NCBI RefSeq assembly: GCF_964355755.1
Contig: NC_092674.1
Span: forward strand, 1,984,001 to 2,048,000
DNA: 64,000 nucleotides
Reading direction: 5' to 3'
Origin: Antedon mediterranea
Taxonomy: Eukaryota > Animalia > Echinodermata
The notes below the pieces were generated by a model, which saw only the letters and a program-made list of their open reading frames with translations, searched no databases and was not told where the DNA came from. Positions 50,726 to 64,000 of the stretch are shown piece by piece. The translations under genes and the position numbers were made by a program. Position 1 is the first letter of the stretch; the number at the start of each line of letters is the position of its first letter.

Positions 50726-53623
50726 ATGACTAACTTAGAAGAAAAAAGCAAGTCCAAGAGCTTCAACGGTTGGCAAAAGGTGTACACTCATGACAGGTGG
50801 GTGCATTTCAAATTAAATGTTCAAAAACACTGTCTATCGTGTGTCCATTTACTATTATATTACAGAAGCATATGCATTGCAACTTATTACTATATATAAT
50901 TAGTTTATTTTTATAATTCAATACTTCATAATAATATACTAACTATATAGAATGGCTCTAATAATAATAAAATCTGTTGATTTTACACCTTGTTTTATAA
51001 TTATTTTTTTCAGTTCTGAAGTTAAGTGTAAGATGACATTTGGCGTCTACCTGCCACCCAAAGCTGAAACAGAAAAGTGCCCTGTTATCTACTGGCTCTC
51101 AGGTAAATCAATTACAATACTAGATCAATTACAATACTAAAACAATTAAAATACTAAATCAATTACAATACTAGATCAATTACAATACTAGATCAATTAC
51201 AATACTAGATCAATTGCAATACTAGATCAATTGCAATACTAGATCAATTGCACTAGATCAATTACAATACTAAATCAATTACAATACTAAATCAATTACA
51301 ATACTAAATCAATTACAATACTAAATCAATTACAATACTAAATCAATTACAATACTAAATCAATTACAATGCTAGATCAATTACAATACTAAATCAATTA
51401 CAATACTAAATCAATTACAATACTAAATCAATTACAATACTAGATCAATTACAATACTAGATCAATTACAATACTAGATCAATTACAATACTAGATCAAT
51501 TACAATACTAGATCAATTACAATACTAGATCAATTACAATACTAGATCAATTACAATACTAGATCAATTACAATACTAGATCAATTTTATTGTACTGTAA
51601 AATACTGATAATGTAATGAAACATTTTTATTGATTTTTATCCTAAAAAAATAAATATTGTGTACTGTATGTTGAAGAAAAAGATCCTTTTCTATGTGTTA
51701 TATAGAACAAATCAATTTGATTAAAAAAAATAATATTGACATACTTGAATAATCCTTCTCTTCTTATTTCTTTGTTTTAGGTCTTACGTGTACAGAGCAG
51801 AATTTTGTTGGCAAAGGTGGTGCTCAACAGTATGCCTCGGAACATGGAGTAATCATTGTTAATCCCGACACAAGTCCTCGTAAGTAAACGACCAAAACAA
51901 GCAATCGGTGTATTAAATTCTTTCTACACTATCAAACTTTATGTGATGTGCCCATATATGGACATGAGGATGTCATATCACTACCATATTTAGGCACATC
52001 ACATAAAGTTTGATAGTGTAGACAGAGCTTTAGTGAAATGTTAATTTTGATTGTTACAATTTTACAAAGGTGGTTGCAACATTGAGGGTGAAGATGATTC
52101 ATATGATTTTGGTTCAGGCGCTGGATTCTATGTGGATGCAACAGAGGATAAATGGAAGACCAACTATCGAATGTATTCCTATGTCACCAAAGAGGTTTGT
52201 AGCTTCTCCACAATTTGAGTAATTTCATCTCGAGATGATTTGATGCATTATTGCTGGAATCATTATTACCTTAAAATAACTTTCTTTTTCAGCTGCCGGA
52301 AATTATTAATAGTAACTTTCCAGTGGATCCAGAAAAAGCTTCCATCTTTGGGCATAGGTAACGCATAATTAATATTTATCTCCTCCAGAAATTTAAAACA
52401 AAGGTCTGCTGTTATCTTGTACAACAACTGTACATGAACATATTTTAGTAACAGTAAAGAATTTGATATAATTTATAAATATTGAATTTACTTTGTAGTA
52501 TGGGAGGCCACGGTGCGCTGATTTGTGCCTTAAAGAATCCAGGCATGTACAAGGTAAGTTTTACCAAACACAATTTTCTAAAGCTCTGTCTACACACTAT
52601 CAAACTTTATGTGACAACAACATTTTTCCCATATATGGACATGATGATGTCATATCACTACCATATTAGGGCACATCATACTTTTTTGTCAAACTAGTTT
52701 GATAGTGTAAACAGAGCTTTAGGGAAAAAAAACAAAAATGTGTAATAAATAGTATAATTTGGTTTAGTTATATATATATATTATATATTAAAATCCATTT
52801 TGTATTTCAGTCCGTATCAGCTTATGCACCAATATGTAACCCTATGCAGTGTCCCTGGGGTAAAAAAGCTTTCACTGGCTATCTTGGACCGAAGCAAGAA
52901 GCATGGAAAGTAAGTAGATTTCAACATTTTTATATTCAAATGAAGTGCCCAAATATGGTAGTGATGTGACATCATCATGTGTATATATAGACACATCACT
53001 TTTTTTTTGGTCACATAAAGTTTGTTAGTGTAGACAGGGATTTATAAAATGTTTTGAGGTTCAAATTAATTTGCAATTTTCTAGGAATACGATGCGTGCG
53101 AGCTTGTAAAGGTCTACAATGGTCCTCCTCTTGATATTTACATTGACCAAGGAAAGTCGGATAACTTCTTGAAGGAATCGCAGCTGCTGCCCGACAACTT
53201 TGTGGCAGCATGTACTGAAAGTAAAATGCCAGTGCAGCTTAATATGCAAGAGGTAAGACTTGGTAGTAAAGAACCAAACATCTTACAGTATTCAGGAATT
53301 GATATTGTTTTGTGTACTGAAATAGCCTTGTTAAAAACACTATGTTAAGTGATAAGTTTTCCGTTTTCAAGTTATTTTTATTATTACGGAATATGTAGAA
53401 TATTAATCAAAAACTACTGGAAAAATGACAATTTAAAAGGATACAAATAAAAATAGGCAAATATCAAAATGATTAAAGTAAAACAGCCAGAAAGAAATTG
53501 TAAATTATATATGCCAACATTATAATTTGTACTTTTTTTTTCTAGGATTATGATCACAGTTACTTCTTCATCTCAACTTTCATGAAAAATCACATCAAAC
53601 ATCATGCAAAGTATTTGAAGTGA
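50726..53623 (+). CDS. ESD: S-formylglutathione hydrolase (esterase D), 9 coding exons
   Basis: Exons 50726-50796, 51014-51102, 51781-51879, 52070-52194, 52293-52357, 52499-52553, 52811-52909, 53085-53252, 53546-53623; [47 protein letters not shown]. Confidence 0.96.
51104..51586. repeat. 17-bp minisatellite x~28 starting at an ESD donor
   Basis: ta(g/a)atcaattacaatac. Confidence 0.93.
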
Positions 53624-54121
53624 GGTCAAAGGGCATCTGAAGCACTTGCAGCTTATTAGCTAAATACTGGATATCTATTTCCCTTCTATATAGGCATCTC
53701 AAACACTTTATTTGTACAATACAGAAAATGCAAGCTTAAATCATGATTTACTTACTGGACAATATCAAGGATATAGTCATTTCACAATTTTAAATTATTC
53801 TTATAAACTGCAAATATATTTTATATGTGTGTTTTTAAATCGTTTAAATCAGCTCTACTGTGCATGATGAATGAATGAAAAACCGTTTGTGATTATAAAT
53901 CATTAAATGATACTGAAATATTTTATGTGTACTTTTGATTTCCTTTATTTCATTTAACATATCTTGGTACAGTATAAAAAAAAAAATAAATAAAAAATGG
54001 TTTCACTTTAGATGACACATAAACCAATGTAGACGATCATTTAATGAACATATTGATGAAGATACCGATGATCGTAGACAATCATACTGCTGACCACACT
54101 GTCTGACCTTGCAAAAATTAT

Positions 54122-57100
54122 TTAAGTTGAATCTCCGGACAAAATTGAGATAGCCTTGTGTACAGCATCAGGTAAGGAACATTGTGAATGGGATAACCAA
54201 ATACCAATCACCTTGCGGGCCAACTTTGGGTTACATGGAGATAAACCAATCACAGTTTTCACAGCAAACATCTGAATATTCCATGAAACTAAAAAAAAAA
54301 CAAAACATACTATTAATCAAACATGTGAACAATGTTACATTGCATATCATAGTTTATAGTATAAATCAAATAATGTCTCCCTTGTCTAAAAATATCTAAA
54401 ATCTAGCTTAAAACAAGCGTATGAATGTAAAATACAACAATATTTACCAGATTGTGTGATGTTTGATTGTAGTAATAATCCTATTTTGGTGAGCAACTCA
54501 GAATCCAGTGTATCTAGTATACCAATGGCAGACAGCTCTCCTATTTCAATGAGAAAAAAACAAAAATTAATAAATGTTGACCAACAATAATACAAGCAAA
54601 CAAATACAGAAAACTTTGAGACCCCAAAGAGGATACTTTCCCAATATATATTTAAGACTATGGCTAAAACATGGTCCCACTTAGACTCATTACTCAAAGT
54701 GGTCCGATGAATGCCTTCATCCGAACGCATCTCAAATGGTGGCTGGTAGAAGGCAGGTTGACTGTGGGAATGCCAATTCAAAAATCATTGCCGGGCGTCC
54801 GTATAGAGACAGACGCATCCAAGACAGGCTGGGGCGTTGCTCCAAGGCACTCCGCGCCTCCGGCCTTTGGACGGTCGAGGAGGCGCGCTCCCACATCAAC
54901 CTCCTAGAACTCTGTGCAGTCGAAAGGGTCTTCGACCTCACGTGGCTGGTCGTCACATCCATTCCGACAACTCATCAGGGGTAGCATATATAAATCGACG
55001 TTATGCTTTCACCTGTGGACTCTGATGTTGTGGTGCGTAGACAACAACATCACACTCTTGCTGCCCACAATGCGGGCAGCCTCAACATTGTTGCGGACGC
55101 TCTGTCCTGACAAACACGGAATGGCGCCTTCTACCCAGCATTGCCACACTGATATTCGACCACTTCGGGCGGCCTCATATAGAAATGTTTGCGACGTCAG
55201 ACAACACACAGCTCCCGACCTTCTCCACAAGGTTTCGGGATGCACGTGCGTGGGCGGTGGATGCCCTATCCATACCGTGGGACGGACTATGGGTTTATGC
55301 GTTTCCACCGATCTCACTAATACCAACTGTTCTGACACACATTCAGCGCCATCCTTGCCGGGTCCTTCTGATCGCGCCGGGTTGGACTCGACAAGTGTGG
55401 TATCCACTGCTTCTCGACCGGCTCTACGATCATCCCCTGCGTCTTCCAGTTCGAGAGGATCTGCTGACGCAGGGCCGAGCTCTGTTCTCACTACAGAACC
55501 TACAATCCCTGCGCCTAACTGTATGGCCATTTTCAGGGATCAGCTCCGAGACTCAGGCATTCCAGATGGCCCTGCCGCCCTTGCGGTGAAATCTCGTCGG
55601 GAATTTACTCTTACCGTCTACAATAGCCGACTAAAACACTTCTTTACATGGTGCAGGCGACAACAGGTAGAGCCGGGGTCGATCACCCTCGGACAAGTTT
55701 GCGCCTTCCTGCATTACCTGTACGAGTCAGGTCTTCAGGTCCGCACCATTTCGGGCTATAGATCCGCCATTGGCGCGATCACGCCAACACTTAAAGACGG
55801 TTCCTCTATATCGTCATCTCCCGTTATCACTCAACTGATACGGGGAATGTTCAGAGAACGACCTCCAGTCAAGGTCTTGATTCCTCGATGGGATGTTAAC
55901 GTCGTCCTAGCCGCACTTACACGCCCGCCATTTGAGCCTATGAGTAAGGCTACTCTGTATAATGTCTCGCTGAAAACGGCGTTCTTGCTCGCTTTAGCAT
56001 CATGCAAACGCCGAGGCGAGTTGCACGCTCTCTCCTTGGAACCAGGTCATGTTAGGTTTGAGCGGGCCGGCGTGAGGCTAGTGTTTAGGAAAGATTTCCT
56101 TGCCAAGACACAGACGTTAAGATTTTCGCCGCCTGCTGTGTTCGTTCCCACCATCACATCTTTTTCAGCGGCAGACGGAGATAAACTTTGGTGCCCAGTC
56201 AGGGCTCTTAAGTGGTATATCCACCACACTAAGACGATTAGAGACGGAGTGTCTCACCTCTTCGTCGCCTCTGTTCCTCCATACCGCGCGGCCGCTAAGG
56301 CAACAATAGCGAGATGGGTCGTTGCAACTATTCAAGACGCGTACACTTCTTCAGACACACCGCCACCGGCACATATGCACCAAGTGCGCGCGGTTTCCAC
56401 TTCGTGGGCGTTGTTCTCGGGCGTCCCTGTAGCTGACATCATGGAAGCGGCGTGGTGGCGAACACAGTCGACATTCACCTCACACTACCTGTCGGACATC
56501 TCCGCTAACGTGGCACCAGTGGCAACGGCGATACTAAAGCCTCGACTATAGGTATGTATAAGTCAATTTTCTAACTTGTCACCCGCCGCCGACTAGATTC
56601 CTAGTCCGGTGCTACACTGGCTATTGTCGGGTTTATCCAGGTAAGCAGGCACGTAATAGACTACACAAACCAGAAATGGTGTTGGTAGTCTATAAGTGCT
56701 GCTTACCTGGATAAACACCCGCCCGCCGTCCCCTCAGACAAGAGGTCTTGAGAAATGATGACGGTAACACGTGGGGGTGGTCCCACGAGAGGGCGCTGGA
56801 GCGGAATGTACCATTCTTTATGATGTGAATTCGGGTAGAATTCTTCTTTTCGTATTTGTTTCGCACTTCGTGGAAAAGGGCCACAAAACCACATTCTTCA
56901 ATCTTCCCTTTCAAATGGTATATATTTTAACTTACCTATAATTTGCAATGCAGCACAGATTAGACCCTCCTTACTGTCATCTGACTCTTTTAGATTTAAT
57001 TTCCAGTGTTCTATCATAGGCCACAGGTTCTGCTCAATAAGTTGGTTTTTATTCCAATCCCAGCTGAGCTGACAAGCAACCAGTTCTATTGCTTTCACTA

Positions 57101-60100
57101 GATCATAGGTTGTCGGAGATAAGATACTGTCTCCCTCTGTCAAAAGAAAGGAAATCTGGTATATTAACATTTGGTATATTGGTTGAGGTTCAAAAGGATG
57201 CATTTGCAAGCCTTGGAAGTTGTTTGGAAAAGATTTTGTTTTGTTTTCAAACGTCAGCTTAAGTTCTATAGTTTTCTGCAGTGTATGTCTTCACTAGCAA
57301 TCTTTGGAAAACTTTTCTTGAAAACTTGGAGCTTGTTCAAATTAGCAAATAAAAAAGTTTGGCAATGTAGAATAGGCTAGGGGAAAATTATTGTACATGG
57401 TTGTAAATAATGCTCTTATAATGGGTGATTCCTCTGTACCATGCAGAGAGTGTTAAAGAGTTGCTATCCAATCAAATTTGAACAATACCATGAAAGCCCC
57501 AGTGGTCTAATGGTTAGGACATTAATACATTTTCAAGATATCACCAGGCTTGTTGATTAATAATAATAATAATATCAAACATTTATAAAGCGCTCATTAC
57601 CGGAGTCTTACAGCGCAACATGAAAAGATTAACTATTTAAATAGGTGAGTTTTCAGGAGTGATTTGAATTGTATATATACTGAATACTGAATACTGAAAT
57701 GCTTTATTCCATCATCATCATAAAATAACAACAGAAATTCTTCTTGAAGATTGACAATTATTAGTAAAATAATAAATAGATATACAATATAATATATTAT
57801 GTACACACACATAATTGCACAAAAAAATATAATTTATAAAACACGGAGTTATATATATAACTGCTTACCTGTATTGGTGAAGACTCCGCAAGTTTTATCA
57901 TTCATCAGCTTGGATACCAGATCCATACACACTTTACTTAGACACGGAATACTAACTACCTGCCAATCATAGAGCACCTTAAAACAGTTTTGAAGGACAA
58001 TGGCGCTGTACTGACCCTGCTCAATCTGCCGTTGAAGTTGATGTAACACAATGCTCTTGATAGTAGCATCAACAGGTGATGAAGAATCCTTCTACAAAAC
58101 AAAACAAACTTCAATTAACTCTTCTAAATAATTTGTGTCCAGTATTGTGAGAGTTGGCTGTAATAATATAAAGCTCTGTCTACACTATCAAACTAGCTTG
58201 ACAAAAAAAGTGTGATGTGCCCAAATATGGTAGCGATATGACATCATCAAGTCTATTATGGGCACATCACACAGACAGAGCTTTAGTCAATGGAAATGGA
58301 AACAATGTATATTTGTATAACTCACCTTTAAGATGGCAGGCCACACTGAGACAATAGACAAGACAATCTGAGGTACATTATCCAATTTCTCATTGATGAT
58401 GTCATACAATAGAATTCTCACATGATCTTCATATTCCACTCCTGAAGCAAATAAATAAAGTAGTCATTAATTAAGTTATAGTAATTACAGTATAACGTTG
58501 TGAGGTAATTTCCCGCATTATCGCAATCAAAAACGGTACTGGGTTTAGTCTAGCGTTCCTGCTCCCAAAAGTCATCCATTCATAGAAGCAATGATGAAGA
58601 AAGTCTATCCATGGTGACTAATAGAGTGGTCCTGGGACATGACTATACTTCGGCTTTAGTTGATAGAAGACTAAATTGTTTGTTGGAGATGTTTAACTAC
58701 AGTGTATATTGTTTTTGTATAAATTATATTAGATTCAATTGTTTTGTGTTGAAATAGTTAAATCATTATTAGTTTTTTATACATATTTAAATATATAGTG
58801 TCATTTAGTAAATAAAAAGTAGACGCATACCTTTAGAACAACAGAGGGCAGTGTACCAGCGACAGAGTGTCATTGCAACCACTATTTTATCTTTATTTAC
58901 CTCCAGGTCTTTCAGAGAAAATATGGCTCGTTTCAAATCATCAAGAACTATTCCATTCAAATTAATATTCTGTAAAGAAAATGGAAGTTTTATATGTTTG
59001 AATAAAATATTTATAATATGTGTCATTTTTAATATTCCCATTTCTAATTTTAATATTATGAGGTAATTTCCCGATTGATCGTAATCAAAACGGTACTGGG
59101 TATGGTCTACTAGCTTTTCTGCTCCCAACTCGTCATCCATTCATAGAATAGAAGCCTTGATGAAGTAAGCCTACCTGGTGGTAACCATAGAAACGGTTCC
59201 GAGATAACGACTATACTTCGGCTTTAGTCGATAGAAGATTGAAAAATTGGTTAGAGAGAGTATGTATACGGTGTAGAACCCTAATATAGGAGTGTTCCCT
59301 GTAGGTTTGGCCATAGTGTTATATGTTATTACACGTATGTTATGAAATGCTTTCAACGTTTAGTTCTAAAACTTGAGTTTTGTTTCCTGGTTCAGATCTA
59401 AAGTGCTTCGTTAAGTATGCATCACGTATCATTAGAATTGAGCAGAATCTATTGAATCTGTTTTTGAAAATCGATTAATTAAGAAAACACATTCTATATT
59501 GCAAGATTCTACTCATCCCATGCATAATGTATTTGAGGTGTTACGTAGTGGTAGGAGTAGGTAAAAGTGGTACTATAATATTAACCTTGTTGTCCATGAC
59601 AGACTTAATCAGCATTTCTTCATGTGGTGTAATCAGCAATTTTGTTGATTTATTGTTTTTCTCACTCATTGACTTCAACACTGGTAAAAGGTTTACATCA
59701 TTTAACACCAGAAACTGAAAAGAAAAACACAATTGGGTTTGTTTTATTACACCACAGGTGTGAAATATAATACAAAAAAGAAAAAAAATATTTGTCCAAA
59801 ACTTGGGTGAAATTGGTTCTTTTTGATAACAACAACTTTCTACATAGTAGTACTATATCAAGAAGCTGACCTTTAAGTTTGCACAAGTATTGTGTACACA
59901 TAGTACTTACCGAGATAAGTCGCATAACTGCCTGTGAGGCTGTTACATCGCTGGTTACGTTTGATATTTGAGAAACCAGAAATTCCAGACGATCTTCAAC
60001 ATTCAATGCAAGTGTTCTTTCAGCATTAATTTGATAATTTAACCTCTGTTAGGAAAAAAGCAAATTTGGGAAATTAATTTAATAATAATAATAATAATCG

Positions 60101-63100
60101 AAATACAGTGAGCAACTACTAGTAAATAAAATATCTTATCCTAAATTCTTTTTTTTCTATGTATTTTAATTTTCTGTACTCACTTGCACATCAGCTGTTA
60201 TTTTCTTTTCTTTAACTTTCTTTTTCTTTCTTGTCTGCTTCTTCGATCCCCAATTTTGTTGAGAGTTTGCAACTTCACACCAAATATTTCCATTGATTTT
60301 TCGAGAACGTGCATTATTTTGTTTATGCATTTCGTCCATCACGCTTGAATGACTTTTTCCTTGTTTGACATATGTTTGTTGCGTCACTTTTGCTGATTGT
60401 TCTTGATCATCTAAACTTTTCTGCTGTTTTGATCTTTTCAAAGAACTTTGTTGACTTGACACTGCAGACTTTCTTTTTAAAGCTCCAGATGGTTTGAACT
60501 CGGGAATAGGTTTTGTGAATGAACTCTGTGTGGGACTACTTTTCAAAAATGAATTGGGATTAAAATTAGAAGGATGCATTTTCTGGAAATTACTACAAGT
60601 TGCATCTGGTGTAGGACATTTAAAGGCCGATAGTTGCCCAGTTGATCTGCTGGCCCTTACAGTTACAGCACCTTCAGGCACAGATGCATGGATTCTAGGT
60701 GGTGATACTGGTAAAGAAGAAGAGCTTGCTAATCCGTAAGGTATTATACCAGGAGAGTATGTTGGCCGATGTGCAGTTCTCCTTTTTCTTGACACTTGAG
60801 AAGGAGTACTTGGTTGAGGATCCTGAATTGGTGATATACAATGTTCTACAGACAATGATGAGCATCGGACCAAGCGTTTTGTAGATGATGGTAATGTCAG
60901 AGGAGAGATAGGAATGCGTGGTAACTGGTTAGGAAATGGAGAACGATTCCTACGTGAATATTTTCTTGGAGAGACTGGCAATGGTGATATAGGAATTGGA
61001 ATAGGAACAAGTGATGGAAGATTCCTGTAAGAAGAAGAAAGTACTGGTGTACTCCCTCTAGAAGAGCCCTTTGTTGATGGGAAGTTAGGTGAAGTAGGAA
61101 TTGGAGATACAAGTCTTGAAGTTTTTCTTTGAGCACGTGTAAAAGGGCATTGAGGTTGTTGAGGAGTTCCACTATTTAATTTTGAAGGATGCTTAATAAT
61201 ATTCTTTGGACACTGATTACTGAATTTATCGCACTTACTTTTCTCTTCAACGCCAAACTGCAAACACTTGCAAGCAGCTGAACTCTGAAATTTGTTTAGA
61301 CTTTGAGAAGGTAAACTGTTGATAGAAGTATCTTTGTTATCATTTTTAGAAAAACAAGAGCGTGTATTTGAAAGATTACCAGAAACAGTTGGATTGACAA
61401 CTGATTTAGAACAAGAAGGAATGTTTTCAGAAATATTTTCTGAAGAATCTTGAATGAAATCCGTTGAATTCTTTAGAGAATTGGTAGAAACTGAATGCTT
61501 GCGTTTCTTGTGATTTGTTTTTTGACCGCCATCAGTCAACTGTCGCTTGAACGTCGAGCCACTGGTTTTCCTCTGTCTAGATGTCACTTGTTCATTGTCA
61601 CACATTGATCTTGTTAATCGTCTTTGCTTTGTTTCTACAGTAGCTTCTGAATTAACTGCAAGATTCTCAACAATGTTTGAACTGTCCTTTTTGTCTGAAG
61701 CCTTCACAAATGAATTGAAAAGTTTCAAACCTAATTTATTTTTAAGACCAATTCTTGAAGTACATTTTGATGATGCTTTGGTGGTAGATTCTTTTTTATC
61801 AGGAGATTTTATATGTACTTTACTAACTATTTTAGAGTTATTTGATTGTTGACAAATAGTTTCAATACTTTTGATCACACTGGTCTTTGATTTTCTTTTT
61901 TCTGTAACTGTTTCAGAATCTACAATATAATTCTTCTGTAATACAGTGATATTCACAGTAATATTTTTTAGATCAATGTCCTGATTAACAACCTCTAGTG
62001 GTAATTCCACATTTTCAAGACAAAAATCTAAATTATTTTTTGCAATAGTAAGCTCTGGAGATATATTTAGTTTCTTGGTACCGCTAGAATTCTTAAATGT
62101 TTGTGTCTCTTTTAAATCACTGGTAGTTTCAGATTCTTGTTTAAAGAGTGATTGCTTGTTTTCTGGACTATTTTGAAGATTCGTCTGCAAACTATCTTTC
62201 TTTTTAAACAAACCGGCATCTCTACAGTCTTGTAGGTTCATATCAATGTATTTAGATTCCATTACACAAGATGCTGTCAGATTTTTCTCCAGATCATCAT
62301 CACTATCAGAAAGATCTGAAGAAGGAAAATATTCCTTTGCTCCAGAGAGATTTTTTAATTCATTTTCTACTTTCTTTTCGACTGTTTTTCCAACTTGTTT
62401 AGGTTCGTTAATGTCTGCATTTGGAGCAGTGGGTTCTTTTGAAGTCACTTTAGAATCTTTTTCTAATTCTTGAGTTAAAAAAGATTCTGTTGGAATTTTC
62501 TCCAGATCATCATCACTATCAGGAAGACATTCTTTAAGATTTTTAAATTCATTTTCTACCTTATTTTCAACTGTTTTACCAACCTGTTCATGTTCGTTAA
62601 TATCTGCATTTGAAGCAGTAGGTTCTTTTAAAATTACTTCTAAATCTTGGGTTCCAAACGATTCTACCGGATTTTTCTCAAAATCATCATCACTATTAGA
62701 GAGATCCAGAGAAGGAAGACATTTCTTAGGATCTGAGAGATTTTTTAATTCATTGTCTACTTTCTTTTCGACTGTTTTTTCATCTTCTTCAAGTTTGCTA
62801 TCTGCAGTTGAAACAGTGAGTTCTTTTGATGTCACTTCAAAATCTTTTTCTAATTCTAGGGTTTCAAAAGATTTTGCAGGATTTTTCACCAGATCATCAT
62901 CACTATCAGAGAGATCCAGAGAAAGAAGACACTGCTTAAGATTTGAGAGAGTTTTGAATTTAGTATTTACATTCTTTTCAACTGTTTTTAGATTTTCTTC
63001 AAGTCCATTAATATCTGCATTTGTAACAGTTGGTTCTGTCACTTCCGAATCTTCTTCTAATTCTAAATTTTTCGATAAAATGTCAGGAATTTCACTTGTG

Positions 63101-64000
63101 GAACTTTCCAATTTTGTTGGTACATTTAGTTCTTCTTCTAATAAAAGATCTGGTGGTAATTCAGACTTACTTATATCATCATATTTTGTATTCTCTATTT
63201 CTACCTGATTGCATAGAATGACTTCAGCTGAATTTTGCTCATCTGCAACTTCTTCTGTATATCTATGAACGGCATCACAAAAGAGATCACTTGAATTCAA
63301 CGGGTTTCCATAATTATCTTTGGTTGTGCCACCAATTGGAAAATCTTGTTTTACGGAAGTTATACCATCAATATTAGGTGATACTAGTGAAGTATGGACT
63401 TGGTCATCTCTTACATCTGTCTTTGATGAGTCACCATTGTCTAAATCACTCATCTCAGAAAGCATAATATCATGATCTTCTACTGGACTTTTAGCATCTG
63501 CTGAACAAATGCTGTTATCAGATTCAGCAATGGGTTCTTCAACAAGTTTTTGTAATGGACTCAAATTTGTTATTGATTTACAGTTTTGTTCTTCATTTTC
63601 ACAATTTACATCATTAACAATTTTTCTCAAAATGTCTTCACACACATTTTCAGTAGTTTCCTCAATCTCATTGTCAACGTTTATCAACAGATCTTCTGAA
63701 TTCCAATTAAATTTTGGTTGCGTTGTATTTTCACTTTCCACTACTGTATTTGTAGAGGAATGATTATTTGCCTTATTATTTTTCATAATTACATCGGTTG
63801 ATAAAGTAGAAATAACATTAGGTCCATTAAAATTGTCTGCTTGATTTTCTATAACTTCTGAAGCAGAATTGGAGTTATCCAATTCACTAAAATTATTCTT
63901 CACTTCACTATTTACTACATCAACTTTCACAGCTTTTTCTAAAGTAAAATTACTTTCTTTTTCTACATCTTCTGAAGCATCCGATTCTTGGTCGTTACTG
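54122..64000 (-). CDS. ICE1: Little elongation complex subunit 1 (3' part; 5' end outside window)
   Basis: Giant low-complexity exon (~60180 to >63930) with Ser/Pro-rich ISPLP region; C-terminal exons 58831-58969, 58326-58441, 57869-58091, 56936-57136, 54448-54540, 54122-54288 reading AIELVACQLSWDW..N.LI...LWPMIEHW, LQIIGEL..IG, SWNIQMFAV...LSPCNP, matching the recalled ICE1 C-terminal domain. Exons between 59300 and 60050 not fully resolved. Confidence 0.78.
55521..56551 (+). CDS. DIRS tyrosine recombinase
   Basis: VYNSRLKHFFTWC, WDV..VL, KTAFLLALASCKRRGEL, CPVRAL..Y, HQVR, WRTQSTFTSHY (catalytic R-H-R-W-Y present). Confidence 0.88.
56631..56716. repeat. DIRS internal complementary region / terminal hairpin
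   Basis: gtttatccaggtaagcag pairs perfectly with ctgcttacctggataaac; inner stem tagactac/gtagtcta. Confidence 0.8.
57560..57670 (-). mobile_element. L2-like LINE 3' tail
   Basis: FKSLLKTHLF on minus strand, stem-loop, (TTA)n tail. Confidence 0.5.
58496..58675 (-). ncRNA. Candidate structured intronic RNA, copy 1
   Basis: Homologous to 59056-59243; hairpins with G-U pairs on the minus strand; ends ...ccucACAacg ~55 nt before the acceptor. Confidence 0.4.
59056..59243 (-). ncRNA. Candidate structured intronic RNA, copy 2
   Basis: Homologous to 58496-58675 with compensatory stem changes; ends ~85 nt before the acceptor. Confidence 0.4.

Larger units (their letters stand above)
54665..56890 (+). 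mobile_element. 5'-truncated DIRS-like tyrosine-recombinase retrotransposon in an ICE1 intron
   Basis: GC-rich island; RNase H remnants (TDASKTGWG, HINLLEL), MT-like domain (MFATSDNTQLP..DAL..W...YAFPP..LIAPGW..QVWYP), YR ORF, terminal hairpin. Confidence 0.92.

Noticed and set aside
55009-55530. 173-aa minus-strand ORF
   Set aside because: Antisense shadow of GC-rich DIRS coding sequence.
58638-58655. U3 snoRNA gene (GACTATACTT)
   Set aside because: Only 10 nt match; downstream box A (GGATCATTTC) is absent.
60494-63763. Plus-strand Ser/Phe-rich ORFs
   Set aside because: Antisense to the ICE1 giant exon.

Overview
AT-rich, intron-containing animal genomic DNA, probably a marine invertebrate (inferred from gene and TE content; species not determinable). 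Host genes: UNC93A-like MFS (+), a single-exon orphan basic protein (-), CAB39/MO25 (-) with two alternative duplicated pairs of terminal exons, a flavin monooxygenase (+), a Trp/Tyr-permease-like amino-acid transporter (-), ESD (+) and the 3' part of ICE1 (-). CAB39/FMO and transporter/ESD are head-to-head. Mobile DNA: a 3.1-kb Kolobok-type element (TTAA, 26-bp TIRs) carrying a P2X7-ballast-like (KolX) pseudogene with a KolX-type first exon at both ends, a young Penelope-like element with an inverted pLTR and a putative hammerhead, a DIRS-like YR retroelement, CR1/Rex/L2 fragments and many Harbinger-type MITEs. Main points for follow-up: the symmetric Kolobok, the duplicated CAB39 C-terminus, two homologous structured RNA-like segments in adjacent ICE1 introns, minisatellites anchored on splice sites or a stop codon, and TA-flanked palindromic insertions clustered near gene starts. 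All calls were read by eye; no database search was run.
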